A stretch of DNA of 56,903 nt. Origin: a virus (taxonomy: Duplodnaviria; Caudoviricetes). Shown piece after piece: positions 29,618 through 39,046 of this stretch (within the stretch, counting starts at the first letter, position 1; the number at the start of each line of letters is the position of its first letter). The position numbers and the translations under genes are program-made. The DNA lies in IMG/VR virus record IMGVR_UViG_3300035670_000254, positions 1 to 56,903 of that record. One strand, written 5' to 3'. Under the pieces are notes generated by a model. It had not been told where the DNA came from and searched no databases. It saw only the letters and a list, made by a program, of their open reading frames with translations.

Positions 29618-30103
29618 TTAGGCGACTGTTAAGCCGTTCCGTTTTCTGTTTTCGTAGATGACGTATAATAACGCCGAAGCAAAGAATTTGGAAAGGCTCA
29701 TTGCAAGGATAGATCCCCAGCTGGCATAGCCTATCATATGCAGGAAGATGAAGGAGTCTACCGGGACTGCGATCATAGAGCTGAACACGACCCGTTCATG
29801 GAACGGTTTTTTAGTGATCGTGAATATTGCATAGTCCAGCAGCTCGCTAACCGCGAAAGATGTCACAGACGCGACAACGACAACCGGGTCGCCCAGCCAG
29901 TAGCTAATTAAACAGGCCAGCGCTATAGCCCATAGGACGTGGTGGCCTGCGCTACGTTGCGCGTAGTCGCGTAGCACGAACACACAGCCCACGAAGAAAG
30001 CCATAAGCGGCACAGCGCCCAACGGCGTGGGCACGATTGGCAGGTAGCTGAAGCCCAGGTTTACGAACACAACCATTAAGAGGTAAGCGAAAATGAACTT
30101 CAT
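29618..30103 (-). CDS. yhhQ: PreQ0/preQ1 transporter (VUT/YhhQ family)
   Basis: Multi-TM; FVLRDYAQ, ASVTSFAVSELLD, PVDSFIF; within the que cluster. Confidence 0.75.
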   Translation of the reverse strand: MKFIFAYLLMVVFVNLGFSYLPIVPTPLGAVPLMAFFVGCVFVLRDYAQRSAGHHVLWAIALACLISYWLGDPVVVVASVTSFAVSELLDYAIFTITKKPFHERVVFSSMIAVPVDSFIFLHMIGYASWGSILAMSLSKFFASALLYVIYENRKRNGLTVA

Positions 30104-30780
30104 TTGTTTTTCTCCTGATGTTGGAAGAGAGCGCGTTCAACCGACGAAAGTATATCGATTAAATCTTGCTCGTAGGTTTTGTGACCGCGCTGACCAGGAG
30201 CTAAGATCTTTTTCAAAGCATGTTGCAGCGGGCCGGAGGTCACTTCATAACAATCAATCACGTCGTAAACATCAATGAAAACGCCGGGTTTGATTTCGCG
30301 CTTATATTTGTCGTTAGAGTAAAAAGGGCCAACGTCAGGCTCTAAGCCAGCCTTTTCAAGTTCTTCGCGGGTAAGAGGTTCTTTGCTAAAAACTTGATGG
30401 AATACTTCGTCAGCTTTCCACGGAGCATTGTCTGGATTAATTTTAATATCGGTCGCCCCGCTTGTGCTAACCCCAGGGCGAGAAGGAAATTCGCTAGCCA
30501 GTCGCCAGCGTTTAATCCCGTTCGGAGGTAAAGTTTCCAGTTCAGGAGAAGTATTATAAGTCGCTTTAATCTTAGCGTCGTTAATTTCAACATTCTCAAG
30601 AATGCTACCATTGACAGTTAAGATATCGAAGTTAAAACCCGCATCCCGCATAAGAGCAATGCACTCGTTGGATAGCTGCTGGCTCTGAACTCCACCGTTA
30701 TGAATAGAAACCCAACCTTCTACATCAACAATACCCTGTAAGCGGTCGCAATATCGAAGTAATGTTTCACGTCTACCCAT
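30100..30780 (-). CDS. Protein with C-terminal DUF3310-like domain
   Basis: IDVYDVIDCYEV...QHALKKILAPGQRGHK...QDL motif. Confidence 0.55.
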   Translation of the reverse strand: MGRRETLLRYCDRLQGIVDVEGWVSIHNGGVQSQQLSNECIALMRDAGFNFDILTVNGSILENVEINDAKIKATYNTSPELETLPPNGIKRWRLASEFPSRPGVSTSGATDIKINPDNAPWKADEVFHQVFSKEPLTREELEKAGLEPDVGPFYSNDKYKREIKPGVFIDVYDVIDCYEVTSGPLQHALKKILAPGQRGHKTYEQDLIDILSSVERALFQHQEKNK

Positions 30781-30817
30781 GATAATCTCCTAGGCGCATC
30801 CTTGCGCCCGCCAGTAA

Positions 30818-31558
30818 TTAGAATTTAAAAGGGTTATTTTCTACAAAGGCTGAAAAGCCTTTTTCACGAAGTTGGCAAGCAGGGCACTCGCCGCAGCCAT
30901 AGCCCCACACGTTGTCAGTAGTGTGGTCACCATTATAGCAGGTATGACTATCTTCCAGCACAACTGTCAGAAAATCGACTGCTTTAGCCAGTGCGAACGT
31001 TTCAGCTTTATTTAACCACATTAACGGCGTGGCAATCTCGATATTGGTCTGATAGCCGACGTTTAATGCTGTTTGAAGCAAACGAATAAACTCGTCGCGG
31101 CAATCAGGATAACCGCTGTAGTCGGTTTCGCAGACGCCAGTAATGAGCGTATCTGCACCAACTTTTTGAGCGTATGCGTGAGCTGTAGTTAAGAACAGCG
31201 CATTGCGGTTCGGTACAAAAGAGGCCGGAAGGTTGGAGTTCTGCGCGTGTTTAGCGCTAACGTCTTTTTGTTCGGTGCCGCGAATGAGCGCGCTATTGCC
31301 GATAGATTGCAGCGCAGGAATCGAAAACACGGTGAAGGGTACGTTGTGTTCTTCACAGATGCGCGCGGCGCAGTGGATTTCAACTTCGTGCTTTTGTCCG
31401 TAGACAAAACCAACAGCGTGAACAGTTTCAAAGTTGCGAAGGGCAAGGCCCAGGCAAGTTACGGAGTCCTGACCGCCAGACAGGACAACAACGGCGGATT
31501 TGCCCTTCACACTTTCAACAACGTTGTACACTTTTTCAGATGATACGTTCATAGTCAA
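30818..31558 (-). CDS. queC: 7-cyano-7-deazaguanine (preQ0) synthase
   Basis: SGGQDS, YGQKH, VPNRN, YPDCR, TCY...CGECPAC. Confidence 0.95.
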   Translation of the reverse strand: MTMNVSSEKVYNVVESVKGKSAVVVLSGGQDSVTCLGLALRNFETVHAVGFVYGQKHEVEIHCAARICEEHNVPFTVFSIPALQSIGNSALIRGTEQKDVSAKHAQNSNLPASFVPNRNALFLTTAHAYAQKVGADTLITGVCETDYSGYPDCRDEFIRLLQTALNVGYQTNIEIATPLMWLNKAETFALAKAVDFLTVVLEDSHTCYNGDHTTDNVWGYGCGECPACQLREKGFSAFVENNPFKF

Positions 31559-31562
31559 TACC

Positions 31563-31823
31563 TTATAAATGATCAGCGTATTTACGGCTCATTTCCGCAG
31601 CTTCATCAGCGGTGCGGTACGGGTTGCTAAATTGTTCAGCTTCATCAGTGAACACATAGCATACTTCTTCAGTACAAGGATCGCGGAGTTTATAAACCGG
31701 ACCGGCTTTTTCAACATCGCGCTCTTTAGTACAAACCAGGGCATCCTGACAACATGCTTCCTGAAGATCGTTCCAGGTCATGCCGCCAATTGCGCGGTTT
31801 TCGAACATATATTTTTCGCTCAC
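31563..31823 (-). CDS. Hypothetical protein in que cluster
   Basis: GGAG SD, fills the queE-queC gap. Confidence 0.55.
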   Translation of the reverse strand: MSEKYMFENRAIGGMTWNDLQEACCQDALVCTKERDVEKAGPVYKLRDPCTEEVCYVFTDEAEQFSNPYRTADEAAEMSRKYADHL

Positions 31824-31825
31824 GG

Positions 31826-32527
31826 TTACTCCACATTTAACAGTTTATGAATCTGAAGTTGAACGGTATAGTTAAACTTCATTGCACTTTCCAGGACCGC
31901 TGCAACGTTGTCGGCGTTATAGCCAGCGTCTTGCTCGTCCATCGGTTGCAGGTAGATTTTACCCTTAAATGACTTTGGAGGCCTCGCAATAAATGGCGTA
32001 GCTCGGTGATCAAGAGCTTGCAAGGGTAAACCGTCCTCCTGTCGCACGCTGTTAGCTTTTAAAACGTACTTAAAGGCGTTGGCCCGATGCAGGGCGCTCG
32101 GATGCAACTTAGCGGTTTTCGGCGAGCATACAACCGTGACCAACTGCGACAGCTCGAGAGGAATAGCCATGCTGCCGTTGGTTTCGATTTGCACGTCGAA
32201 ATCGTTTTCAATCAGGAAATCGCAGAAAGGAGTGATGTTCTGACGGAAAGGTTCGCCGCCGGAAATGACGATCAGGTTTGCGTTGCTGCGCGTTTCCATT
32301 TTCTGGTGATACACGTGGTCAAGAATATCGCCGTAGGTCATACGTTCGCGACCTTCAGTATATTCAGTATCACAACCAGGGCACTGGAGATTGCAGCCAG
32401 CAAGACGAACGAAAACAGCAGGGCGACCGCAGAAAGGGCCTTCACCTTGAATAGTGCTGAAAATGGAATGAACTTCGAGGGTAGATTGATAATCTTTCTT
32501 TTCGGGGGTCTGAGAGTTCAGCTTCAT
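31826..32527 (-). CDS. queE: 7-carboxy-7-deazaguanine synthase (radical SAM)
   Basis: IFSTIQGEG, RLAGCNLQCPGCDT, SGGEP, IETNG, SPK, QIHK. Confidence 0.95.
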   Translation of the reverse strand: MKLNSQTPEKKDYQSTLEVHSIFSTIQGEGPFCGRPAVFVRLAGCNLQCPGCDTEYTEGRERMTYGDILDHVYHQKMETRSNANLIVISGGEPFRQNITPFCDFLIENDFDVQIETNGSMAIPLELSQLVTVVCSPKTAKLHPSALHRANAFKYVLKANSVRQEDGLPLQALDHRATPFIARPPKSFKGKIYLQPMDEQDAGYNADNVAAVLESAMKFNYTVQLQIHKLLNVE

Positions 32528-32570
32528 GGTTTTATCCCTGTTTCCTAGGCGAGTGAGCCAGATTTTAGTC

Positions 32571-32601
32571 AAAAATAAAGCGCCCGAAGTGGGGCGCTTT
32601 T
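32571..32601 (-). terminator. Terminator
   Basis: AAAGCGCCC...GGGCGCTTT stem with flanking A/T runs. Confidence 0.7.
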
Positions 32602-32623
32602 ATTATAGTAGATTACTGGATGA

Positions 32624-33379
32624 TCAGTCCAGCAGACCTGTCGGCAGAGGCATCTGAACACGGCCTTCAATGCCGTTGAACTTCTTCCAGCGCGCGTACT
32701 GCGTTTTAACAGTATCGTGGTTCAGTTCACGCTTTTCAGCGGCTTGCAGAAGCAGAGCGATCGGAACCGGCTGTTTCAGTTTTTCGCTCAGTTCATCCAT
32801 CAGCGCCCAGGCGTTACCGCAAGCGGTATCCGGGCGCGGGCGGGTAATGCCGTTCTGGTTCGGCATCGCGTTCGCCGCTTTCTGCTCGTCTTTCAGACGT
32901 TTTGCTTCAGCTTTTTCGGCATCTTTCTTAGCTTTCTTAGCTTCAGAAACTTTGCCTTTGACAGACTTAACAGCGCTGTCGAGCGTTTCGACCATGGTTT
33001 CGGCCTGTTCCAGCGCGACTTTCAGGTCGCCCGGCTCTTTCAGTTTTTTGACGCTCTTTTTGATAGAGGTCAGAGACGCCTTGGCAGACTTCAGGGTTTC
33101 ACCGGCTTGTTTGCCAGCTTCTTCGATCTGCTCAACGGTCGACTCAGCGGTCAGGTTCGCGATCAGCGTGTTACCGTTGTCAACATAACCTTTCAGGTTG
33201 TTGAAGTCGGTCGTAACCGCGGCGGTCGCTTCCTGCAATTTGCGCGCTTCGTCAGCTGCTTTCTGATCAGCTTTGGTCTGATCGTTAGCGTTCTCAGTCT
33301 GCGCGGCGTTTTTGGCAGCGGCTTCCTGCTGTGCGAGGCGAGCCTTTTCTTTTTTCTGTTCAGTAGTCAGTTCGGTCAT
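32624..33379 (-). CDS. Ala/Lys-rich coiled-coil protein with small C-terminal putative DNA-binding domain
   Basis: Highly biased codons; C-terminal NGITRP...W...TQYARWKKFNG. Confidence 0.6.
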   Translation of the reverse strand: MTELTTEQKKEKARLAQQEAAAKNAAQTENANDQTKADQKAADEARKLQEATAAVTTDFNNLKGYVDNGNTLIANLTAESTVEQIEEAGKQAGETLKSAKASLTSIKKSVKKLKEPGDLKVALEQAETMVETLDSAVKSVKGKVSEAKKAKKDAEKAEAKRLKDEQKAANAMPNQNGITRPRPDTACGNAWALMDELSEKLKQPVPIALLLQAAEKRELNHDTVKTQYARWKKFNGIEGRVQMPLPTGLLD

Positions 33380-33521
33380 TTCTTTTACTCCACTCAGTAT
33401 TGTTGATCTGTATTAGTTTAGGGGTTATACCACAAGACAGAATGAAACTTAACAGAGCTCTTTAGATCGTGCAAGCATTATTTTCGTATTGTGGTTATCA
33501 CTTTTACAACTATTAAGCCTG

Positions 33522-34004
33522 CTAAGGTTTAAACGCTAATTGCATTGGATGTTTAAATTCGATAGCGCGCTTGGTGATTAACAGTTTAGCCGCATCCTCG
33601 GTACTAATGTCAATAGTCAAATTATCCCATAATCCTTCATCAAGGGATGGAACTTTCGCGCCGACTACAAAAGAACATAGACCTTGAATATCCCATTCAA
33701 TTGCATATTCAGCTTGAGCGGCAGCTTCGTTGAAGTTGAGTAAAGTCTCTTTAGCTTCATTCATCAAGTGAATAAGAATATACTCAAGATCAGAATATTC
33801 CCATTCGTCGGGAGGAGTTTCCAAGGTGATACCAATATAAAGCATCACCAGTTCATATTTCTGCCAGCCTTTAAACATACCAAATTCAAGAGGTAGTACC
33901 TCCTGGCATTCAGGGCAATTGATAATTCCCAGATGATGCAACGTCAAGAAATTGGGATGTTTGGCGATCAAATCATATTTGTCGCGATTAATTAACACGT
34001 ACAT
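33522..34004 (-). CDS. Hypothetical protein
   Basis: 160-aa ORF with AAGGTG SD. Confidence 0.55.
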   Translation of the reverse strand: MYVLINRDKYDLIAKHPNFLTLHHLGIINCPECQEVLPLEFGMFKGWQKYELVMLYIGITLETPPDEWEYSDLEYILIHLMNEAKETLLNFNEAAAQAEYAIEWDIQGLCSFVVGAKVPSLDEGLWDNLTIDISTEDAAKLLITKRAIEFKHPMQLAFKP

Positions 34005-34013
34005 AGTTTCACC

Positions 34014-35957
34014 TTAGAAAGGAATATCTTCATCAAAAGGCATATTAGCAGCAGGTGTCAAAACTTGGTAGCCATCAGTGCTAGCTGCGGATACTTCCTC
34101 ATGGTTATCTTGATCGTATACGTTTTGATAAGTTTCAGTCGAGCTAGATGACATGATGTTATCTTTCGTATAAACCTGAATACCGATATCAGGAACTACC
34201 GACTCAATAGTACCGAAACAAGTACCATCATAGCAAGAACGTAATACTTCGTAGAACTTACCATTTTTACGCGCCTTGATATGCGTTGGCACTTTTAACG
34301 ACGCGACTATTTCTAAAGCATCGTCAATAGTTGCAGGTAACGGTAAATTCGTCCTGTTCTTCCACCAGGTGTACGCCTTACGCCCTGCCCAATCGCTGTG
34401 CATTAAGCAGACAAATTCAGATATCGTTGTGTGACCACAATGATATGTTACTTTCAGCGTCGGCGGTTTAGTTGGGTCGTTGCGGTTAATGTTCTTCTGA
34501 TAAATTACGTTTTCTACTGTGAAGTCTTTAACTAAGGTTTTATCTTCCAGAGATTCTTTGATAAGCTTTTCGCTACTTGATGCAACTTTTAGCTTTTCTT
34601 TGAACTTAAAAGCAGCCCCGCAGAATCCATGTGGCACTTTTCCTTCAGCTGGGTCAACACCACCGCAGAAGCGCCAGGCAGGATATTGACCATCAGTTCC
34701 GCAAACTTCACATTCTTTATAAATACCAGGGCCGGAGCCTTTACGCCCAGGGCGACGCGGTACAGCAGGGTCGTTAATGGGTCCTAAGCGGCGGCTATTG
34801 CCGGAGAAGTCCAACACCAGGCAATCGTGTTTCGTGCTTGCTTGTATAGCCTCCAAGCGCTGTTCCCGCACGCTAATATCATACCCTGGCGCATAGTCCG
34901 GGCGCGTACCGCGGCCCAGCATTTGCACCCACAGGACAGTTGATTGAGTTGGGCGTAACATGATGATCATATCGATGCCCGGATAATCAAATCCCGTTGT
35001 CAGAACGTTATTGTTAGTAACAGCTCTGATGCGTCCTGCTTTGAAGTCAGCAATTATTCGGTCACGCTCCGCATCGGTCGTTTTACTATGAACAGCAGCC
35101 GCGCTGATTCCTTTTTCGTTGAGCATGTTGGCAACGTCAATGGCATGTTCAACGCCTGCACAGAACACCAGCCAGCTTTTACGGTCGGCACCTACTTCTA
35201 AAGCTTCGTTTAATGCGGCTTCGTTTGCTTCACGCTTGTTAACAGCGGTTTGAAGTTCAGCAGCAACAAACTCACCACCACGCTTTTTAACGCCATTAAC
35301 ATCAAGTTGAAAGCTGGTGCGTTTAGGCACAACGGGCAGGAGATAGCCTTCACTTATGAACCAGTTAAAGAAAGCTACTGAAGAGCCATCAAATACAATG
35401 TGGTCAAACATTGCATCAATACCCTCTTCAAGGTCTCCTTCCATGCGGGTAATAGGTCCGAAGCCTAAGCGATATGGAGTGGCTGTTAAGCCTATCACTT
35501 TTAAATAAGGGTTAACCTTTTTTAGTTCTTTGAAAAAGAGATTATATGATGTCGCTTCTTTTGGGCTTATCATATGACATTCGTCGACCATGACAATATC
35601 GACTTTACCAAAGAGCTGTGCCTTTTTAGCTACAGACTGGATGCCTGCAAAGATAATTTGATGATTGGTATTTTTCTTCTTTAAGCCTGAGCTATAAATG
35701 CCAGCAGGTGCTTCAGGCCAAAGATTCATCATTTTTTCATGGTTCTGTGCGATCAGTTCTTTAACGTGCGTTAACAGCATCGCTTTCTGGCCAGGATACC
35801 ATTCCAGAAGCAAACGAAAGAACTCCGCGATAACAAGGCTTTTACCAGTGCCAGTAGGCAACACCACCACAGGGTCGCCGGAGGCTGACTTGTATTTATC
35901 AAAATAGCGAAAAATGCTGTAAACCGCTTCAGTTTGATAGTCACGAAGTTTGTACAT
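34014..35957 (-). CDS. SF2 helicase (RadD/UvsW-like) with Zn-binding Cys and SSB-like acidic tail
   Basis: LRDYQ, PTGTGKS, DECH, TATP, LTTGFD, QMLGRGTR; C-terminus PFDEDIPF. Confidence 0.9.
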   Translation of the reverse strand: MYKLRDYQTEAVYSIFRYFDKYKSASGDPVVVLPTGTGKSLVIAEFFRLLLEWYPGQKAMLLTHVKELIAQNHEKMMNLWPEAPAGIYSSGLKKKNTNHQIIFAGIQSVAKKAQLFGKVDIVMVDECHMISPKEATSYNLFFKELKKVNPYLKVIGLTATPYRLGFGPITRMEGDLEEGIDAMFDHIVFDGSSVAFFNWFISEGYLLPVVPKRTSFQLDVNGVKKRGGEFVAAELQTAVNKREANEAALNEALEVGADRKSWLVFCAGVEHAIDVANMLNEKGISAAAVHSKTTDAERDRIIADFKAGRIRAVTNNNVLTTGFDYPGIDMIIMLRPTQSTVLWVQMLGRGTRPDYAPGYDISVREQRLEAIQASTKHDCLVLDFSGNSRRLGPINDPAVPRRPGRKGSGPGIYKECEVCGTDGQYPAWRFCGGVDPAEGKVPHGFCGAAFKFKEKLKVASSSEKLIKESLEDKTLVKDFTVENVIYQKNINRNDPTKPPTLKVTYHCGHTTISEFVCLMHSDWAGRKAYTWWKNRTNLPLPATIDDALEIVASLKVPTHIKARKNGKFYEVLRSCYDGTCFGTIESVVPDIGIQVYTKDNIMSSSSTETYQNVYDQDNHEEVSAASTDGYQVLTPAANMPFDEDIPF

Positions 35958-35958
35958 G

Positions 35959-36879
35959 TTATTTACCGTAGTAATTAGCCATCGTATAGTTCGGGCAAGC
36001 CGCTATCTGCTCGTCAGTGGTTAGTGTAGCATTTACGGCAGCATTACGACAGAACCAAGTGCCATCCTCACGGGCAATAGAATAAGCGCAAGTTCGGCAA
36101 CTTACAGCGGGTATTTCTTTTCTGTAACAGAAGTCAGCATAGTCGCACCATTTGCATTCATACCAACCAGCACCTTTCTCGCTCAAGCCAACAGGCGGCT
36201 CATCAGCTAATACAATCTTAACGCCCCGGTGAATAAATTGATCTGCCACCACGCTATCTAAAGGAATGAGTTCTAAATAAAGCTCATCATTATTTTTGTT
36301 GACAGCGATGTAGAGGCATACACTAAAACCCATTTTGCGCATGTAGACTTGAACTTGCGCGTAGTGCATAGGTTTAGATTCTCTCACACCACTCTTAAGT
36401 AGCTTTTGAAAGCTTTTATCAGCGTGAGTTTTCATTTCAGCCAGAATAGGCATTGAAGGGTCTTGAAGATCAGGACAGCCTATAACTACCCCATCGATAG
36501 CAGAACCAAAATGACCGCCCAGCTCTGAAATACGATATTGGTTTCCGTTTGCATCTTGTTGATAAACAGTCAGACCTGCTGCAAGCAAGGCGGCAATGAA
36601 GCGACCTTCTTCCATGTGCCCGCGATTGAATAGACGTAACAGCTGAGCATTGTGACGCGGTTTACTAACCCATCGGAAGTTGAAGAAAAGTTTACGTGCG
36701 CAAGGGTCACCAATAGTGGATACGCCAAGATGAGAACGTCTACCGGTGCGAGGGTCAAAGGCATCGCTAATAGTTGGTATAACACGACCCAACCATTCAC
36801 GGTATTTAGATCCCTGATCTTCTTCAATCTTATCGTTGATCAGTTGTTTTGTTTTTGTAGCAAGGTAAACAGGCATCAT
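35959..36879 (-). CDS. Cas4-like PD-(D/E)xK exonuclease
   Basis: S.IGDPC.R, IDG, EMKT, QVQVYM, CKWC..C, CRTC. Confidence 0.8.
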   Translation of the reverse strand: MMPVYLATKTKQLINDKIEEDQGSKYREWLGRVIPTISDAFDPRTGRRSHLGVSTIGDPCARKLFFNFRWVSKPRHNAQLLRLFNRGHMEEGRFIAALLAAGLTVYQQDANGNQYRISELGGHFGSAIDGVVIGCPDLQDPSMPILAEMKTHADKSFQKLLKSGVRESKPMHYAQVQVYMRKMGFSVCLYIAVNKNNDELYLELIPLDSVVADQFIHRGVKIVLADEPPVGLSEKGAGWYECKWCDYADFCYRKEIPAVSCRTCAYSIAREDGTWFCRNAAVNATLTTDEQIAACPNYTMANYYGK

Positions 36880-36893
36880 ATCTCCTTAAAGTA

Positions 36894-36917
36894 AAAATAG
36901 CGCCCGAAGGCGCTATT
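36894..36917 (-). terminator. Terminator (UUCG loop)
   Basis: Minus strand AATAGCGCC-TTCG-GGCGCTATTTT. Confidence 0.75.
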
Positions 36918-36935
36918 AATTGACGGGCTTTTACT

Positions 36936-37874
36936 TTACTGCTGCCACGGCGGCAGTTGTGCCTGTGCCGGGTGAGGAGGTTCCGCCGCCGGTTGTTCCT
37001 GCTGCGGCGCCTGAAGTTGTTGCGGTGCCGGGGTAGCAGTCTGCTGAGCCCACGGCGGTGGAATAGCTGCGCCAGCGGCAGGTGCCGTTTGTTCAACCGG
37101 GGCTTGCGGCTGTTGCGGCTGTTCTACCGGAGCGGGCTGCTGTACCTGCTGGACCGGAGGCTGGACAGGCTGTTGAACCGGAGCCTGTGGCTGCTGTACA
37201 GGCGCTTGCGGCTGCTGTTGTGCGGAAGTGTCCCACGGCTGAGCGCCGCCCCAGGGTTGTTGAACCGGCTGCTGTACAGGTTGCTGAACCGGCGGCTGTT
37301 GAACCGGAGGAGTCATCGGCTGTACCGGAGCCTGAGGTTGAACAGGCGGTTGCATCGGCGGCTGCTGGACCGGAGCTTGCATCGGAGGTTGCATCGGAGC
37401 GCCAGGGAAAGCGCCACCAGGAACCGCACCAGCACCGGGAACAGTAGGCTGAACAGCCAGCGCACGCTGAACGTTGATAGAGTCATAACCGTTCGGCTGG
37501 TTACGATCTTCATAGTCAGAACCTTCCGGCGCTTTTTCGACTTTCAGTTTGACGTGAAAAGGTTTTTCGTGAAGTTGTTCAGTTGCGTTCCAACGCGGGA
37601 CGCCGACAGCCATAGACAGCGCTGCGAGTTGTTCGTGACCGATGCGCACTGCATCTTCGCTGGTCGGGTGAACGACGTTATAGCTCAGGAAAATTTTGCG
37701 GCCTTTAGCAAAAGCCGGCTCGAGGATTTCACCGACGAAGGCTAACATCTGGCCTTTATTGGCGGTAGTTTTTGCTTCAGATTCAATCAGCTTCGCCTTA
37801 TACCAACCTTTAGGCAGAGCGTCCATGTTCATGGTTGACGCATGTTGACTGGCGTCGAAGTTAAATTGTGCCAT
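36936..37874 (-). CDS. Single-stranded DNA-binding protein (DUF669-like) with long Pro/Gln tail
   Basis: ALPKGWYKA...GRKIF N-domain; next to Sak4; PPWQQ end. Confidence 0.7.
   Translation of the reverse strand: MAQFNFDASQHASTMNMDALPKGWYKAKLIESEAKTTANKGQMLAFVGEILEPAFAKGRKIFLSYNVVHPTSEDAVRIGHEQLAALSMAVGVPRWNATEQLHEKPFHVKLKVEKAPEGSDYEDRNQPNGYDSINVQRALAVQPTVPGAGAVPGGAFPGAPMQPPMQAPVQQPPMQPPVQPQAPVQPMTPPVQQPPVQQPVQQPVQQPWGGAQPWDTSAQQQPQAPVQQPQAPVQQPVQPPVQQVQQPAPVEQPQQPQAPVEQTAPAAGAAIPPPWAQQTATPAPQQLQAPQQEQPAAEPPHPAQAQLPPWQQ
36945..37440 (-). repeat. Low-complexity QPPVQQ/QAPVQQ coding repeats
   Basis: Recurrent TTGAACCGG / CTGTAC / GGCTG units on the + strand. Confidence 0.7.
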
Positions 37875-38608
37875 TATTGATTACCTTTTGCCTTGATCTT
37901 GTTGATGATATAACCCAGGTGGGGAAACTCAAACTCATTGAGTACACCCGACCGATCTTTTGCACTGTCGTTCAAACCAGGCTGCGTTTGCAACATACGT
38001 GTCTTAGCGCCGTCTTGACCAGTTACGATCTGATAACGGAAAACTTCATCAAACAAGTACGGCAATTGCGGCCCCAGCTTCTGGCCGGGCATTGAAGGCC
38101 CCCACAGTAACTGGCCAGTAAGTTCGTCTTTATCTTTACCCATTTTGGCAGACATGTAAACATGTTTACCTTTGATGTCACGGAATTTTTTAATTAAGTC
38201 CATGACCTCATCCTGCATTTCACCATACGCCTTACGCGGGTCTTTGTTCAGCGGTTTAAAGTGAGCCAGTATTTTTTCAGCCATCTCAGACAAGGAGTCA
38301 AGAGCTACTGAGTCGAAATATTGCTGACTGTCAGGATGAACAACCCACTGGTAGGCTTCACGAAGCTGTTCCAATGTGGTTACCTGAATAGTCAGAATAT
38401 TATCGCTAAAGGGCAAACCAGTCGGACCGAAAATCCGTTCAACGTTTTCTTTACGCAGGGAGAGCAAGCCTGATTCAGCGCTAATTAATACCGGGCGAGG
38501 AAGCGTAGCGACCAGGACAGTCTTACCAACACCAGCATCGGAGTAAGTAAGAATTTTAACGCCCGAGTCTTCAACGATCTGCTGTGTGTACATCAGCTCG
38601 ATAGCCAT
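37874..38608 (-). CDS. Sak4-like ssDNA annealing ATPase (AAA_24)
   Basis: YSDAGVGKT, ISAESGL, VALDSLSE, FDEVF, AKDRSG. Confidence 0.85.
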   Translation of the reverse strand: MAIELMYTQQIVEDSGVKILTYSDAGVGKTVLVATLPRPVLISAESGLLSLRKENVERIFGPTGLPFSDNILTIQVTTLEQLREAYQWVVHPDSQQYFDSVALDSLSEMAEKILAHFKPLNKDPRKAYGEMQDEVMDLIKKFRDIKGKHVYMSAKMGKDKDELTGQLLWGPSMPGQKLGPQLPYLFDEVFRYQIVTGQDGAKTRMLQTQPGLNDSAKDRSGVLNEFEFPHLGYIINKIKAKGNQ

Positions 38609-38710
38609 ATTGTTACCTATTGTCTTGGGGTGCTTAGTTTAGCGATTACGTTTTAGATCTGCAAGCCGTTTTATTTGGTCCAGTTCATGTTATGTAACCA
38701 CAATATCTGG

Positions 38711-39046
38711 CTACATAGCCTTTAGCGCTTCCAAGTCTTGTTGAGTGATCGTCTTACCCTTCAGCTCTTTCGCAAGCTCATCGCGCATCTTAGTATAACA
38801 GATAATAAGATTAGCAAGCTCGAGATTAGGCTCAGGTGAAACCGACATTTCTTGCAACGTGCGCCGTAGGTGCTTATTCACAGCACGCTTAAGGCACTCG
38901 CGGGCACAATGACGCATAGTCAGTGAATCATCGCGAAAATCTTTCTTCGCAAAATGCTTAGCAAGCTGAATAGTAGCAATGATATCAGGAAACTCGCTAT
39001 AAGCAGAGTTATAGATAATCTTTTCAGCCATCGCTTGACTACTCAT
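38711..39046 (-). CDS. Hypothetical protein
   Basis: GGAGG SD within the ligase 3' end. Confidence 0.55.
   Translation of the reverse strand: MSSQAMAEKIIYNSAYSEFPDIIATIQLAKHFAKKDFRDDSLTMRHCARECLKRAVNKHLRRTLQEMSVSPEPNLELANLIICYTKMRDELAKELKGKTITQQDLEALKAM

Noticed and set aside
35959-36879. CRISPR-Cas system suggested by the Cas4-like gene
   Set aside because: No repeat-spacer array or other cas genes; solo Cas4-like nucleases are normal in Sak4/SSB recombination modules
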